Source of the DNA: Candidatus Peribacterales bacterium
GTDB lineage: Bacteria > Patescibacteriota > Gracilibacteria > Peribacterales > Peribacteraceae
DNA: 64,000 nucleotides
Direction of reading: 5' to 3'
NCBI GenBank assembly: GCA_035289645.1
Contig: DATDWL010000004.1
Span: forward strand, 29,614 to 93,613
In this document: positions 46,615-55,680 of the stretch, one piece after another
How positions within the stretch are numbered: the first letter of the stretch is position 1
How the letters are laid out: every line of letters begins with the position of its first letter
Notes under the pieces: generated by a model
Database searches by the model: none
Told to the model about the DNA's origin: nothing
Seen by the model: the letters and a program-made list of their open reading frames with translations, nothing else
Program-made: the position numbers and the translations under genes

Positions 46615-47373
46615 ATGCATCACAAACACCACCATCATCACATTGGAGCTATTTCACTCGTACCGCTCCTCCTTCTCCTCATTGTACCGCAATGGGGCAA
46701 AGCGACGATGGCACCGACAATCGAACACTATCGCACACTCGCAGAGCGCGCGGAGCAGGAGATGCAGGTTCTCGATTTCACATTCGCCAACTTGCAGCGA
46801 TCAACAAGCCTCCTGAAAAATGCTGAGGAGACAGTCTCGTTCCCCTCTGTGGTACGGCAACACAACTTGCATTCATTTTCATCCGAAACAGATCGGTACG
46901 ATCTTGCATCGGCTCGAAATAGCACACTCAAACAGCGCATTGATGTGATGCGGAAACGACAGGAGGAAGAACTAGGGAATCTGCGTGGTATCTATATTGA
47001 TCTGAGCGAACAAGAAGCAACACTGTTTGATGAAAACGGCATCCGCACAAAGTATCGCGTAAGCTCCGGCGCCGCGGATACCCCCACTCCTCGCGGACAA
47101 TTTAAAATTCATAGGAAACAAACGCTCCGAGTGAGCAGCCAAGATGTCCCCTACCGCATGCCCAATTATATGGCATTTACGGAAAGCGAAAGTCATGGAC
47201 TCCATGCCTTGCCGTACCTTGGCAACGGACCTGAGTCTTCGGCATTTTGGCACGAAGCGCGCACTCACATTGGGCGACCTGTCAGCCATGGATGCGTGCG
47301 ACTATTGCCGGAAGATGCAGCAGCGCTGTTTGAATGGGCAGAGGTGGGGATGCCGGTGATTATTCATAGTTGA
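46615..47373 (+). CDS. L,D-transpeptidase (YkuD family)
   Basis: IDLSEQ, VSSG...TPTP.G.F, GLH, G.PVSHGCVRL. Confidence 0.9.
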   Translation: MHHKHHHHHIGAISLVPLLLLLIVPQWGKATMAPTIEHYRTLAERAEQEMQVLDFTFANLQRSTSLLKNAEETVSFPSVVRQHNLHSFSSETDRYDLASARNSTLKQRIDVMRKRQEEELGNLRGIYIDLSEQEATLFDENGIRTKYRVSSGAADTPTPRGQFKIHRKQTLRVSSQDVPYRMPNYMAFTESESHGLHALPYLGNGPESSAFWHEARTHIGRPVSHGCVRLLPEDAAALFEWAEVGMPVIIHS

Positions 47374-47376
47374 AAT

Positions 47377-47437
47377 GGGTATCTGGTATTAGGCAGGCAA
47401 CATGGATGATGCCTAATACTTAATACCTAATACTTAG
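47377..47437. repeat. Inverted pair of 7-mer tandem arrays
   Basis: gggtatc tggtatt aggca ... tgcctaa tacttaa tacctaa tacttag. Confidence 0.7.
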
Positions 47438-47466
47438 TCGCTCTTCGCGCTACACTACACACGAAT

Positions 47467-48270
47467 ATGCGCCGCATCTTCCTCACTATTATTTGGCTCA
47501 TAACAGATGCACTCATCTTCGTCGGTGCCTACAGCGTGGCATACTTCCTTAAGGTCGGTTGGATTTTTTCGAGTGATCTTCCGTTCGAAACATTTTTTAC
47601 AGCAACACTGATGACCGTTGGCGGCTGGCTGATCGTCATGATCACCATGCGTAACCTCGCGCTCAGCCGTATTCAAATGAGCCCGCGGAACTTCGCCTAC
47701 ATCGCCTATGCCTGCATTATTGGCATGGCAGGGTTCGCTCTTTCCTTCTATTTCCTCAAACAAACCTTATTCTCGCGATTGCTGCTCCTCCTCGCAGGAA
47801 CGCTCTCACTCATCTTTGTCTGTATGTGGCACATCCTCTTCGATCAGATTCAGCGGAGAATTTTAAGGATGAATCCCCCTACGTACCCTCTCCTTGTGAT
47901 CGGGACGAATCGCGAAGCAGAGCGACTCATCGAGAAGCTCCAAAGGAAGCGGTCTCCCATCGTTCCCGTTGCGATTCTGGATGGCAAAGGCACATCGAAA
48001 ACGAACATCGATGGGATCCCCGTGCTCGGGAAGCTCGATAAACTGGAGCAAACGATTGATGAGAAAAAGATCACACACCTCGTGCAGTGCGATCAGATCG
48101 AGCACTCGCTCAATCTTCTCTCCGTATGTCGATCGAAGGGAATTACCTACATGCTCCTCCCCTACACGCTCGGCATCATCGAAGATCGGGTCCCTGCAGA
48201 AGCACTCGAAGGAAAACAGGTTGTGGCGGTGCCACGGGGAACGTCACGACTCGGATGGTTCTTCCGGTGA
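47467..48270 (+). CDS. WcaJ/WbaP-like N-terminal membrane and Rossmann-like region without the catalytic transferase domain
   Basis: Four TM, FSRL, LLVIGT, GIPVLG.LD.L. Confidence 0.7.
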   Translation: MRRIFLTIIWLITDALIFVGAYSVAYFLKVGWIFSSDLPFETFFTATLMTVGGWLIVMITMRNLALSRIQMSPRNFAYIAYACIIGMAGFALSFYFLKQTLFSRLLLLLAGTLSLIFVCMWHILFDQIQRRILRMNPPTYPLLVIGTNREAERLIEKLQRKRSPIVPVAILDGKGTSKTNIDGIPVLGKLDKLEQTIDEKKITHLVQCDQIEHSLNLLSVCRSKGITYMLLPYTLGIIEDRVPAEALEGKQVVAVPRGTSRLGWFFR

Positions 48271-48285
48271 GGTAGACTGTCACTG

Positions 48286-49377
48286 ATGCACGCCTTCATC
48301 CTCGCCGGTGGATTTGCCACACGACTGTGGCCGCTCACGGAAAAGAGAGCAAAGCCTCTCTTGCCGCTTGCGGGGGTTCCTCTCCTCACCCATCTTGTCG
48401 AAAAGATTCCTGCAGGAATTCCAATCACAGTGAGTACGAATGCAAGATTTGCAGAGGATTTTGAGGAGTGGAAACATTCACGTCATGCTGAGCGGAGTGA
48501 AGCTTCGCAGAGCGAAGCGGAACGAAGTCGAAGCACGTCGCAAGGATCAGAAGAATCAGCACCGAACTCAATGCGAGATGCTTCGACTCCGCCCTTGCAG
48601 GGCTCCGCTCAGCATGACGTATCTATACTTATTGAAGACTCCGGCCACGAAGATGAAAAATTGGGAGCACTCGGCGCTGTTGCAAAATGGATCGTGGAGG
48701 AAAAAATCGATGATGATGTTCTGCTCCTCGCAGGGGATAACTACATGGGATTTTCGATTGCATCGTTCATTGAACGCTTCACGGGGAAACCTCTCCTTGC
48801 CGCATACGATATTCGATCAAAGGAAGCGGCAAAAAAGTTCGGCATTGTTCTTACGGAGAACTCATCGAATGCATCCGGGACAATTCGTGTAACGGGATTC
48901 CAAGAAAAACCGGCGGAGCCTCAATCGACTCTCATTTCCACTGGATGCTATTTGCTTCCTGCGGAATCGCTCCAAGAGCTCATGAGTTTTTCTCAATCGC
49001 ATCCCGATAACATCGGTGGTGTCTTCGAGCATTTCCTCAGCGAAGGAACGGAAGTGGAATGCGTCTCCTTTGGAGAACCGTGGTTTGATATCGGATCATT
49101 CGACGCATATTTGGAAGCAACAAAAGTTCTCGTGGGAGAGCGGGTGCTGCGCGGGGAAAAAACTCTCGAGCGCGATACGGAGTTCCACGGGAGCAATGTC
49201 ATCGGCGATAACTCCAAAATCGCCCGATCAACGCTCACGAACGTCGTACTGTTTGAACACTGCGAGGTGGAAGACTGCGTGCTCGAAAACTGCATCGTGG
49301 ATGATGGATGCATCCTGCGTGGGGTGGATTTGAGCGGAAAGATGCTACGGGCTGGAACACACCTTGTGCAACGTTAG
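48286..49377 (+). CDS. NDP-sugar pyrophosphorylase (nucleotidyltransferase), with a roughly 47-aa insert
   Basis: ILAGGFATRLWPLT...AKPLLP, AGDN, FQEKP, WFDIG, C-terminal hexapeptide repeats. Confidence 0.92.
   Translation: MHAFILAGGFATRLWPLTEKRAKPLLPLAGVPLLTHLVEKIPAGIPITVSTNARFAEDFEEWKHSRHAERSEASQSEAERSRSTSQGSEESAPNSMRDASTPPLQGSAQHDVSILIEDSGHEDEKLGALGAVAKWIVEEKIDDDVLLLAGDNYMGFSIASFIERFTGKPLLAAYDIRSKEAAKKFGIVLTENSSNASGTIRVTGFQEKPAEPQSTLISTGCYLLPAESLQELMSFSQSHPDNIGGVFEHFLSEGTEVECVSFGEPWFDIGSFDAYLEATKVLVGERVLRGEKTLERDTEFHGSNVIGDNSKIARSTLTNVVLFEHCEVEDCVLENCIVDDGCILRGVDLSGKMLRAGTHLVQR
48480..48620. repeat. Complete type A arm pair inside the nucleotidyltransferase gene
   Basis: 18-bp perfect IR acgtcatgctgagcggag / ctccgctcagcatgacgt; inner agtcgaagca / tgcttcgact. 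Confidence 0.92.
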
Positions 49378-49378
49378 C

Positions 49379-49556
49379 TACGTCATGCTGCCTGCCCTCC
49401 GGAGCAAGAGCGAAGGTGGGAGCGGAGCCCCGAGCTCGGCGAGAGGCGAAGTCGAAGCACCTCGCTAGGCTTACACCATTTCAGAAATCGCGACGTGCTT
49501 CGACTTCATCCTACGCATCCTAAACGGATGCTCCGGATTTCGCTCAGCATGACGTA
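49379..49556. repeat. Intergenic type A arm pair with a 30-bp micro-element in the left end
   Basis: tacgtcatgctg[49391-49420]agcgga...gaagtcgaagcac ... gtgcttcgacttc...cgctcagcatgacgta. Confidence 0.9.
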
Positions 49557-49612
49557 TTTGGTGTAGTTTCTGCGTTTCCTTCCATCCATTTTCCACTTAC
49601 ACTGTCCCAGAC

Positions 49613-52600
49613 ATGGTGGATTCCAAGCTCCGCACCTACGGCTATCCCGCGGCGATTATCCTCGTCGCACTATGGATTTCGGTCATCGCTCTGCCTTCGG
49701 GGTGGAAGGGGTCCGCACCGGCGTTCTTAAAGCCCTCGCTCCATTTGGGACTGGATTTACAGGGCGGAACTCAGCTTGATTTTAGGATCAGCGAGGCAGA
49801 AATGGAGAAGCAAATTGAGCAACTAAAGACGGAAATTGCCGCGATCGAGGCTGCCGATGGATCCTCAACGGAAATCGCCGATAAACGAGCGCAAATCAGC
49901 AACATCGAATACCAACAGCAGAATATCGTGGAAGCGATTCGCACTGTTTTGGAACGGCGCGTGAATGCCCTTGGCGTTTCGGAAGCGGTGATTACTCCGT
50001 CGTACTATGGGAACGAGAAGCACTTCCTTGTGGAATGTCCCGGCGTTGTGGATGTGCAGCAGTGCATCAATACCGTAGGGAAAACAATCCTCCTTGAATT
50101 CAAAGAGCAATTCGAAGGCGAGGATGAATCGCACATTGCGGCGATGCGCGCGCTCGCGGAAAAGGTTAATAAGCGCATCACGCAGTCCGGCGAGACGCTT
50201 GCAACCGCAGGACAGGATGTCAGTTCCACGCTTGGCGTGTTCTACACCGACGAAGCATCATTCTTCCGCAGCGAACTTCCGGAAAGCATTGCGGATGTAT
50301 GGAACCGCACCGTCGATTCGCCCATTCTGATGCGCGAAGTGAACCTGGGTCCCGTGCCCGTCGGTGACGGTACGGTCGAAAACAGAGGCATGATGTTTGT
50401 GGAGGTCACGGGCGGAAAAATCGAAGCAGAGCGCGCACTCTCCGATCCAATTGCTGCCATGGGCTATCTTGCGGAAATGGAGGAAGCAATCACATTGAAG
50501 AAACATACGAATGAAGATCCAGCATCAATCGATGCAAGCGTGCGCGCCACCCTTGGCGATAACACGGATGTCGGCACTCTGCTCAAAGCAGAGAACACAA
50601 AGAAGGAGCCCGTTGTCCTGCTTGTCACAAGATATGTGGAGCCGGTCGAAACAATCGAAGCAAGTCACATTTTGATTGCGTATCAAGGGGCAGTGCGAGC
50701 GGAGCCTACCGTCACTCGTGCAAAAGAACGAGCCGAGCAGCTTGCGCGGGAAGTGATGAAACGAGTTCAGAATGGCGAAAATTTCGAGAAACTCGCACGC
50801 GAATTGAGCGATGGTACTTCCGCCAAAGAATCAGGAAGACTTGGTGAATTCGGGCGCGGAGAACAGGCGTCAGCGTTCGAAAACGCCGTCTGGGATCTTG
50901 GCGTCGGAGATGTCACCGGTCCGGTCGAAACAGAATTCGGTTACCACATCATCCGAAAAGATCGCGGCATAAAGACGAAACCGGGTTCCATTGATTACGA
51001 GGAATTGGTCTTCACAGGAGAGAACGCCGCAACGCTTCAGGCGGATACCTTCACGAAGCTCCAAAACCGCGCTGTGACGAAGAAAGATGAACAGATGAAG
51101 CTTCGCACACTCTTCTTTTCGTTCCTCCCAACAGGATGGAAGGACACCGCTCTCGATGGCAAACATTTCCGCAGAGCATCGGTAACAACGGATCCGACAA
51201 TTGGCGTGCCTGTCGTCCAAATTGTTTTCGATGAGGAAGGCGGCAAACTCTTCCAAGAGCTCACGAAGAAAAATATTGGCAAGCCGATTGCGATCTTCGT
51301 TGGCGGCGAGCTCGTCTCGGCCCCCAATGTCCAACAGGAAATCGCGGGCGGCACGGCGGTGATCACGGGATCAAATAATTTTGATGAGGCGAACCGCCTC
51401 GCGCAGGATTTGAATACAGGAGCAATCCCCGCTCCCATTCACCTCATGGGGCAAACGACGATCGAAGCGTCACTCGGCGGCGCTGCATTGCAGAAATCAA
51501 TCATTGCGGCGCTCATCGGCTTTGCGCTTGTCGGTCTCTACATGATTGCTTCGTATCGCATCCTCGGCGTCGTTGCCATGCTCTCGCTGTTTGTGTACGC
51601 CGTTATTTACCTTGCCATCGTCAAGCTCCCGCTCTTCCTCTTTACGCAGCAATACATCGTTCTCACGCTCGCCGGTGTCGCCGGAGTCATCCTCAGCATC
51701 GGCATGGCTGTGGATGCAAATATCCTCATTTTTGAGCGCCTGAAGGAGGAACTGAGGAAAGGAAAACTCTTCACAACCGCAGTGGATATCGCATTCCGAA
51801 GAACATGGGCTCCCATCCGCGATTCGAACCTCTCCATCATCATCACCTCGGCAGTGCTCTTTTTGATCGGGACATCGATCGTGCGCGGCTTTGCGGTCAC
51901 ACTCGCCATGGGAGTGCCTATCTCCATGTTCACGGCAATCATCGTCACGCGCTTCTTCGTCTCGCTCCTCGCACATTCACCCATCAGCCAAAATCTTGCT
52001 GCGTTTGGAGTGGAACTAAAATCAGAAGAACAGAAAGTTGATGATGCCGCTCCGGTTCGCATCATCTTCGTCAAATTCGCAAAACTCTTCCTTCCTGTCT
52101 CCACAATCCTCTGCGTGTTCGCGCTCATTCTCCTCGTTTACCCGGGTCCAAAACTTGGGATCGAATTCATGGGAGGAACACTCATGGAAATTCAGATTGA
52201 TGCGGAAAATACGAAAGACGATCTTACCGCCTCCCTTGCTGCATTCCCGTCCGAAGATCCTCTCGATAATGTGTCGATCTTCGCAGCAGAGAATGCAGCG
52301 GGCCCCTCGTACCTCATGCGGTTCCGCCTGCTCACGAACGAAGAGCACCTTGCACTCCTTAAACACCTTGGCACGGAACTTGGCACGGTAAAGGAGCTCA
52401 AGTTCACAACAATTGGCCCTAGTGTCTCCGCGACACTCAAGGAGAAATCGTTCATCGCGCTTGCCTGTGCCTCGGCTGCCATCATTTGCTACCTCGCGCT
52501 CGCATTTAGGAAAATCCCTCGACGTCTGAGTTCGTTCAGGTTTGGTGTCGTCGCGATCGTCGCTCCACTCCACACGATTCTCCTCATGGTGCTGCTCTTT

Positions 52601-52972
52601 ACAGGTCTTAGCTACTGGACGACGTTCCAGGTCGATACGCTCTTTGTGACGGCGCTCCTGAGCGTTATGGGCTACTCGGTGAACGATGTCATCGTCATCC
52701 TCGACCGTGTGCGGGATAACGTGCTCGATACCCGCGGCAAGGGCGAGTTTGCCGAACTTGTGGAACGCAGCCTTCGTCAGACTCTGCGACGCACGCTGAA
52801 TACGGGCTTTGGCGCTCTCATCATGCTCTTTGTCCTTCTCTTCTTTGGATCCGAAAGTATCTTCTGGTTCATCCTCGCGATGATCGTCGGCACGTTCGTC
52901 GGCACGTACTCCTCGTACTTTGTCGCGACTCCCCTCCTCGTCCTGTGGCAAAAATACGGCAAGCAGCGATGA
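49613..52972 (+). CDS. secDF: SecD-SecF fusion with an internal parvulin-type PPIase domain
   Basis: LGLDLQGG, GMAVDANILIFER, GIEFMGG, GYSVND.IV..DR.R; parvulin ASHILI...FE.LARE.S...G.LG.F...ETEFGYHII. Confidence 0.93.
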   Translation: MVDSKLRTYGYPAAIILVALWISVIALPSGWKGSAPAFLKPSLHLGLDLQGGTQLDFRISEAEMEKQIEQLKTEIAAIEAADGSSTEIADKRAQISNIEYQQQNIVEAIRTVLERRVNALGVSEAVITPSYYGNEKHFLVECPGVVDVQQCINTVGKTILLEFKEQFEGEDESHIAAMRALAEKVNKRITQSGETLATAGQDVSSTLGVFYTDEASFFRSELPESIADVWNRTVDSPILMREVNLGPVPVGDGTVENRGMMFVEVTGGKIEAERALSDPIAAMGYLAEMEEAITLKKHTNEDPASIDASVRATLGDNTDVGTLLKAENTKKEPVVLLVTRYVEPVETIEASHILIAYQGAVRAEPTVTRAKERAEQLAREVMKRVQNGENFEKLARELSDGTSAKESGRLGEFGRGEQASAFENAVWDLGVGDVTGPVETEFGYHIIRKDRGIKTKPGSIDYEELVFTGENAATLQADTFTKLQNRAVTKKDEQMKLRTLFFSFLPTGWKDTALDGKHFRRASVTTDPTIGVPVVQIVFDEEGGKLFQELTKKNIGKPIAIFVGGELVSAPNVQQEIAGGTAVITGSNNFDEANRLAQDLNTGAIPAPIHLMGQTTIEASLGGAALQKSIIAALIGFALVGLYMIASYRILGVVAMLSLFVYAVIYLAIVKLPLFLFTQQYIVLTLAGVAGVILSIGMAVDANILIFERLKEELRKGKLFTTAVDIAFRRTWAPIRDSNLSIIITSAVLFLIGTSIVRGFAVTLAMGVPISMFTAIIVTRFFVSLLAHSPISQNLAAFGVELKSEEQKVDDAAPVRIIFVKFAKLFLPVSTILCVFALILLVYPGPKLGIEFMGGTLMEIQIDAENTKDDLTASLAAFPSEDPLDNVSIFAAENAAGPSYLMRFRLLTNEEHLALLKHLGTELGTVKELKFTTIGPSVSATLKEKSFIALACASAAIICYLALAFRKIPRRLSSFRFGVVAIVAPLHTILLMVLLFTGLSYWTTFQVDTLFVTALLSVMGYSVNDVIVILDRVRDNVLDTRGKGEFAELVERSLRQTLRRTLNTGFGALIMLFVLLFFGSESIFWFILAMIVGTFVGTYSSYFVATPLLVLWQKYGKQR

Positions 52973-53004
52973 TGATCGAGCGATCACAAGAATTGTTTGG
53001 GCGG

Positions 53005-53694
53005 ATGATCTTTGCTTTGCCTCTTTTTTTCCTTGTTCCCCTCTTCCTTTCTGCGTGCGCACCCAATGGAGAAGATGGAAATGATGAACCGGATATTATT
53101 TCATCATCATCGTCATCAATTGTGTCCTCCTCATCCTCTCAAAAAGAGGATGTAAAGCCTCCACTCACACTCTCCTCACTCGCTCCATACCTCACTGAAT
53201 GGACGAGTATATGGAGCGCTATGATCCCGGGGTTCACAGTCGAAAGCATGCACAAAACTTCGACGAAGGAGATGAAGGCGCAAATCTCTGATGCACTCGT
53301 GAATCACGAAGACATCCTTGCACGACAAAAGGAGCTCGATTATCCCATCCTCTTTCCCTCAAATGATGGCAAGACACTGATCTATATTTCTTCGGGAGAA
53401 GAGCCGGATTCGGAAGTTTCGATCATTCGACCGGATCTGAATCTCTACGAGCGTCACCTCTTCTGCGGCACGCCCTGCGGATTTGATTCCGCGGTGTGGG
53501 TTGATGATGATCATGTCATTATCACAGGCTTCAGCGAATACTATCCTCCCAATGGAGAACCACGCTGCAGCGAAGGGACGATCTGTACATTCGTTCCTGT
53601 TTTGTATCTCTTTGATCTTGGTGCGAAGACAATCACACGGTACGAAGGTGCAGAGGTGGAGGCGGCAATTTTCCTCAATATGGGAGTGGAGTAA
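53005..53694 (+). CDS. Putative lipoprotein
   Basis: Hydrophobic leader, LSAC lipobox, Ser-rich linker; exact start uncertain. Confidence 0.7.
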   Translation: MIFALPLFFLVPLFLSACAPNGEDGNDEPDIISSSSSSIVSSSSSQKEDVKPPLTLSSLAPYLTEWTSIWSAMIPGFTVESMHKTSTKEMKAQISDALVNHEDILARQKELDYPILFPSNDGKTLIYISSGEEPDSEVSIIRPDLNLYERHLFCGTPCGFDSAVWVDDDHVIITGFSEYYPPNGEPRCSEGTICTFVPVLYLFDLGAKTITRYEGAEVEAAIFLNMGVE

Positions 53695-53707
53695 TGCCAA
53701 ACATTCA

Positions 53708-53735
53708 TTGACATGCCACAAAAAATGTATAGAAT
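53708..53735 (+). promoter_or_regulatory. Sigma70-type promoter
   Basis: TTGACA (53708-53713), 16-nt spacer, TAGAAT (53730-53735). Confidence 0.6.
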
Positions 53736-54055
53736 GCTAATCACATAATGTGTATTGCAACGACAACCTACCGCTATTCCACTTCCCTTCACGCGAGGAG
53801 CAGCTAATCATGTACCTGTAGATCGTTGATATGCTCGCCTCCCCGCCGGAGGCATTTTTGTATTCTTTTTTCTCACCATGCTTTTCTGCCACTGTTCCAA
53901 TCGGCTGTATTACGCAAAGCACCTTCGCGGGAAGAGGGTGGCTCGTGCGTAAAAAAAGAATGCACAAAGCCGGTTCACCCCCTCTCCGCGAGGAGAGGAA
54001 TGTTTTCGGATGTTCCGAAAACAGTGTGTGATCGGTCTTTGAAACCACAGGAGAA

Positions 54056-54421
54056 ATGTATATGAGGATTGTCTTTTCGAAGCAGATGTTTGATGAGTGC
54101 GGATACATTATGGATCGCCTATCTCGGAACAAATCCCAGCCTTTCAAAGTAAAGGGGTTCAGTCGAAAAATTGAGGTTATGGTTATCGACGAATCGGATG
54201 ACGATCTCTTGAGCAGAGTCGGAGCAAGTCTTGATGGTGTTATTCTTCTCAAAACTGCATCCAGTAGCGAACAAGCGTTCAATCTACGAAATCTACTAAG
54301 AAGAGATGGCCCGATTCCATACCTCTTTTATTCAGGGAATTTGAAGGATGAGGAAAAAATGGCGCTCCACAAGTTTGCGCTCACCCTGATGGGATCAAGA
54401 CAAGTCTTCAGAGGGTATTAA
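54056..54421 (+). CDS. Hypothetical protein
   Basis: 121-aa ORF preceded by AGGAG. Confidence 0.5.
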   Translation: MYMRIVFSKQMFDECGYIMDRLSRNKSQPFKVKGFSRKIEVMVIDESDDDLLSRVGASLDGVILLKTASSSEQAFNLRNLLRRDGPIPYLFYSGNLKDEEKMALHKFALTLMGSRQVFRGY

Positions 54422-54446
54422 GTTTCTCTAGCATAAGGAAAAGATC

Positions 54447-54650
54447 ATGAAGCCTACGACTGACTTACAAACTGCCTTCTTTTGCATCATCGTCGATGCA
54501 AATGCCACAACAAATCTGCAGGATCATGCTGAAGAGCATGGTTCTGGTGCGTGGGGTTGGGAAGATAGTGACGATGACGATTATGATCCTGGTATGTGGG
54601 GTTGGGGAGATAGCGGTGACTGTGGAGAGGGGCCTGGCCTGAACTGGTGA
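54447..54650 (+). CDS. Small acidic Gly/Trp-rich peptide
   Basis: 67-aa ORF preceded by TAAGGA; G.WGW.DS.D occurs twice. Confidence 0.45.
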   Translation: MKPTTDLQTAFFCIIVDANATTNLQDHAEEHGSGAWGWEDSDDDDYDPGMWGWGDSGDCGEGPGLNW

Positions 54651-54700
54651 AGGCGAGACACCGATTCTACATGATATTAGTTAGATCGATCACACACGTT

Positions 54701-54738
54701 ACCCCGAGTCCGTCATGCACGGATTCGGGGTTTTTCTT
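54701..54738 (+). terminator. Rho-independent terminator
   Basis: accccgagtccgt-catgc-acggattcggggt followed by ttttctt. Confidence 0.7.
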
Positions 54739-55067
54739 ATACCCCTCCATCAAATGCGGAGAGCGTGTGGCACGGCATACCCGAGACTTAACATTAATCA
54801 CGGAGACATCTAATTCGAATAATGATCTCCGAGGTAGGCCGTGCAGAGCCAGATTGTCCCAAAGCGTAGATGGTGTTGTCTCTGCACGGGCCACATCGGA
54901 GATACAAGACCACGATGAAGTGCTGAAAAACTATATCTCCACTTTCGTGTGTCCCGTGACACACTTCATCAATCTTCCACGATGGGCTGTTAAAAAACAT
55001 CAATAAATCCCAAAAACTATCATTCCTCTATCTCGTGCCCGTGCCATACGCGCTACACTGCTCTTCC

Positions 55068-55676
55068 ATGCCGCAATTCAATGCTCACGTCCGGCAAGGA
55101 GCATATCTGCCCCACTGGACGAAGGAGGGGGCAACGTACCATGTGCGATTTCGACTGGCAGATTCGATGCCGCAGCACATCCTGAAGGAATGGCAGGAGG
55201 AAAAGAAGGAACTCCTGCTCAAAAGAGAGCAGAAAAAGGGAGGGCTTACAAAATCAGAGGAGGAGAGACTCCGTGAACTCTCATCCGAAAAAGTTGAGCA
55301 CTATTTGCATCAAGGATATGGCGCCTGTTTTCTCAGGCAGGATCTTGTTGCTAAGATTGTTGCAAATGCTTTACGAAAGAACGATGGAAAACAATACCGT
55401 CTTATCGCATGGTGCATCATGCCAAATCATGTGCATGTTATTCTCACTCCACTGACTCAGGAACTCCATCGAATTGTGAACACATGGAAAAGTGCATCCG
55501 CACGGAAATCAAACAGATTTCTCAAACGAGCAGGAGCATTTTGGCAAACTGAATACTTCGATCATTTGATCAGAAATGAGGAGAACTTCCATCATGCAAT
55601 CGAATACGTCTGGAATAATCCTACCGAAGCTGGCTTAAAAGAATGGAAATGGCGATGGAAAGCAGAAGAGTATTGA
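55068..55676 (+). CDS. REP-associated tyrosine transposase (RAYT)-like HUH Y1 transposase
   Basis: LPHW...GATY.V.FRLADS, WCIMPNHVH (HUH), FWQ.EYFDH.IR, Y..NNP. Confidence 0.9.
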   Translation: MPQFNAHVRQGAYLPHWTKEGATYHVRFRLADSMPQHILKEWQEEKKELLLKREQKKGGLTKSEEERLRELSSEKVEHYLHQGYGACFLRQDLVAKIVANALRKNDGKQYRLIAWCIMPNHVHVILTPLTQELHRIVNTWKSASARKSNRFLKRAGAFWQTEYFDHLIRNEENFHHAIEYVWNNPTEAGLKEWKWRWKAEEY

Positions 55677-55680
55677 TTAA

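Noticed and set aside
46615-46641. N-terminal MHHKHHHHH as an engineered His tag
   Set aside because: Mixed codons, an interrupting Lys and native genomic context point to a natural low-complexity stretch.
48480-48620. Intein or self-splicing intron explanation for the in-gene inserts
   Set aside because: Inserts are under about 50 codons, lack intein terminal residues and intron cores, and match intergenic repeats.
1869-48620. Claim that all intragenic type A elements are exact multiples of 3 bp
   Set aside because: Using equivalent boundaries (gtcat...atgac) the lengths are 69, 75 and 137 bp, so true ends need empty alleles to define.
1869-49556. CRISPR array interpretation of the palindromic repeats
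   Set aside because: Copies are dispersed, inverted and variable, not regularly spaced direct repeats, and no cas operon is present.
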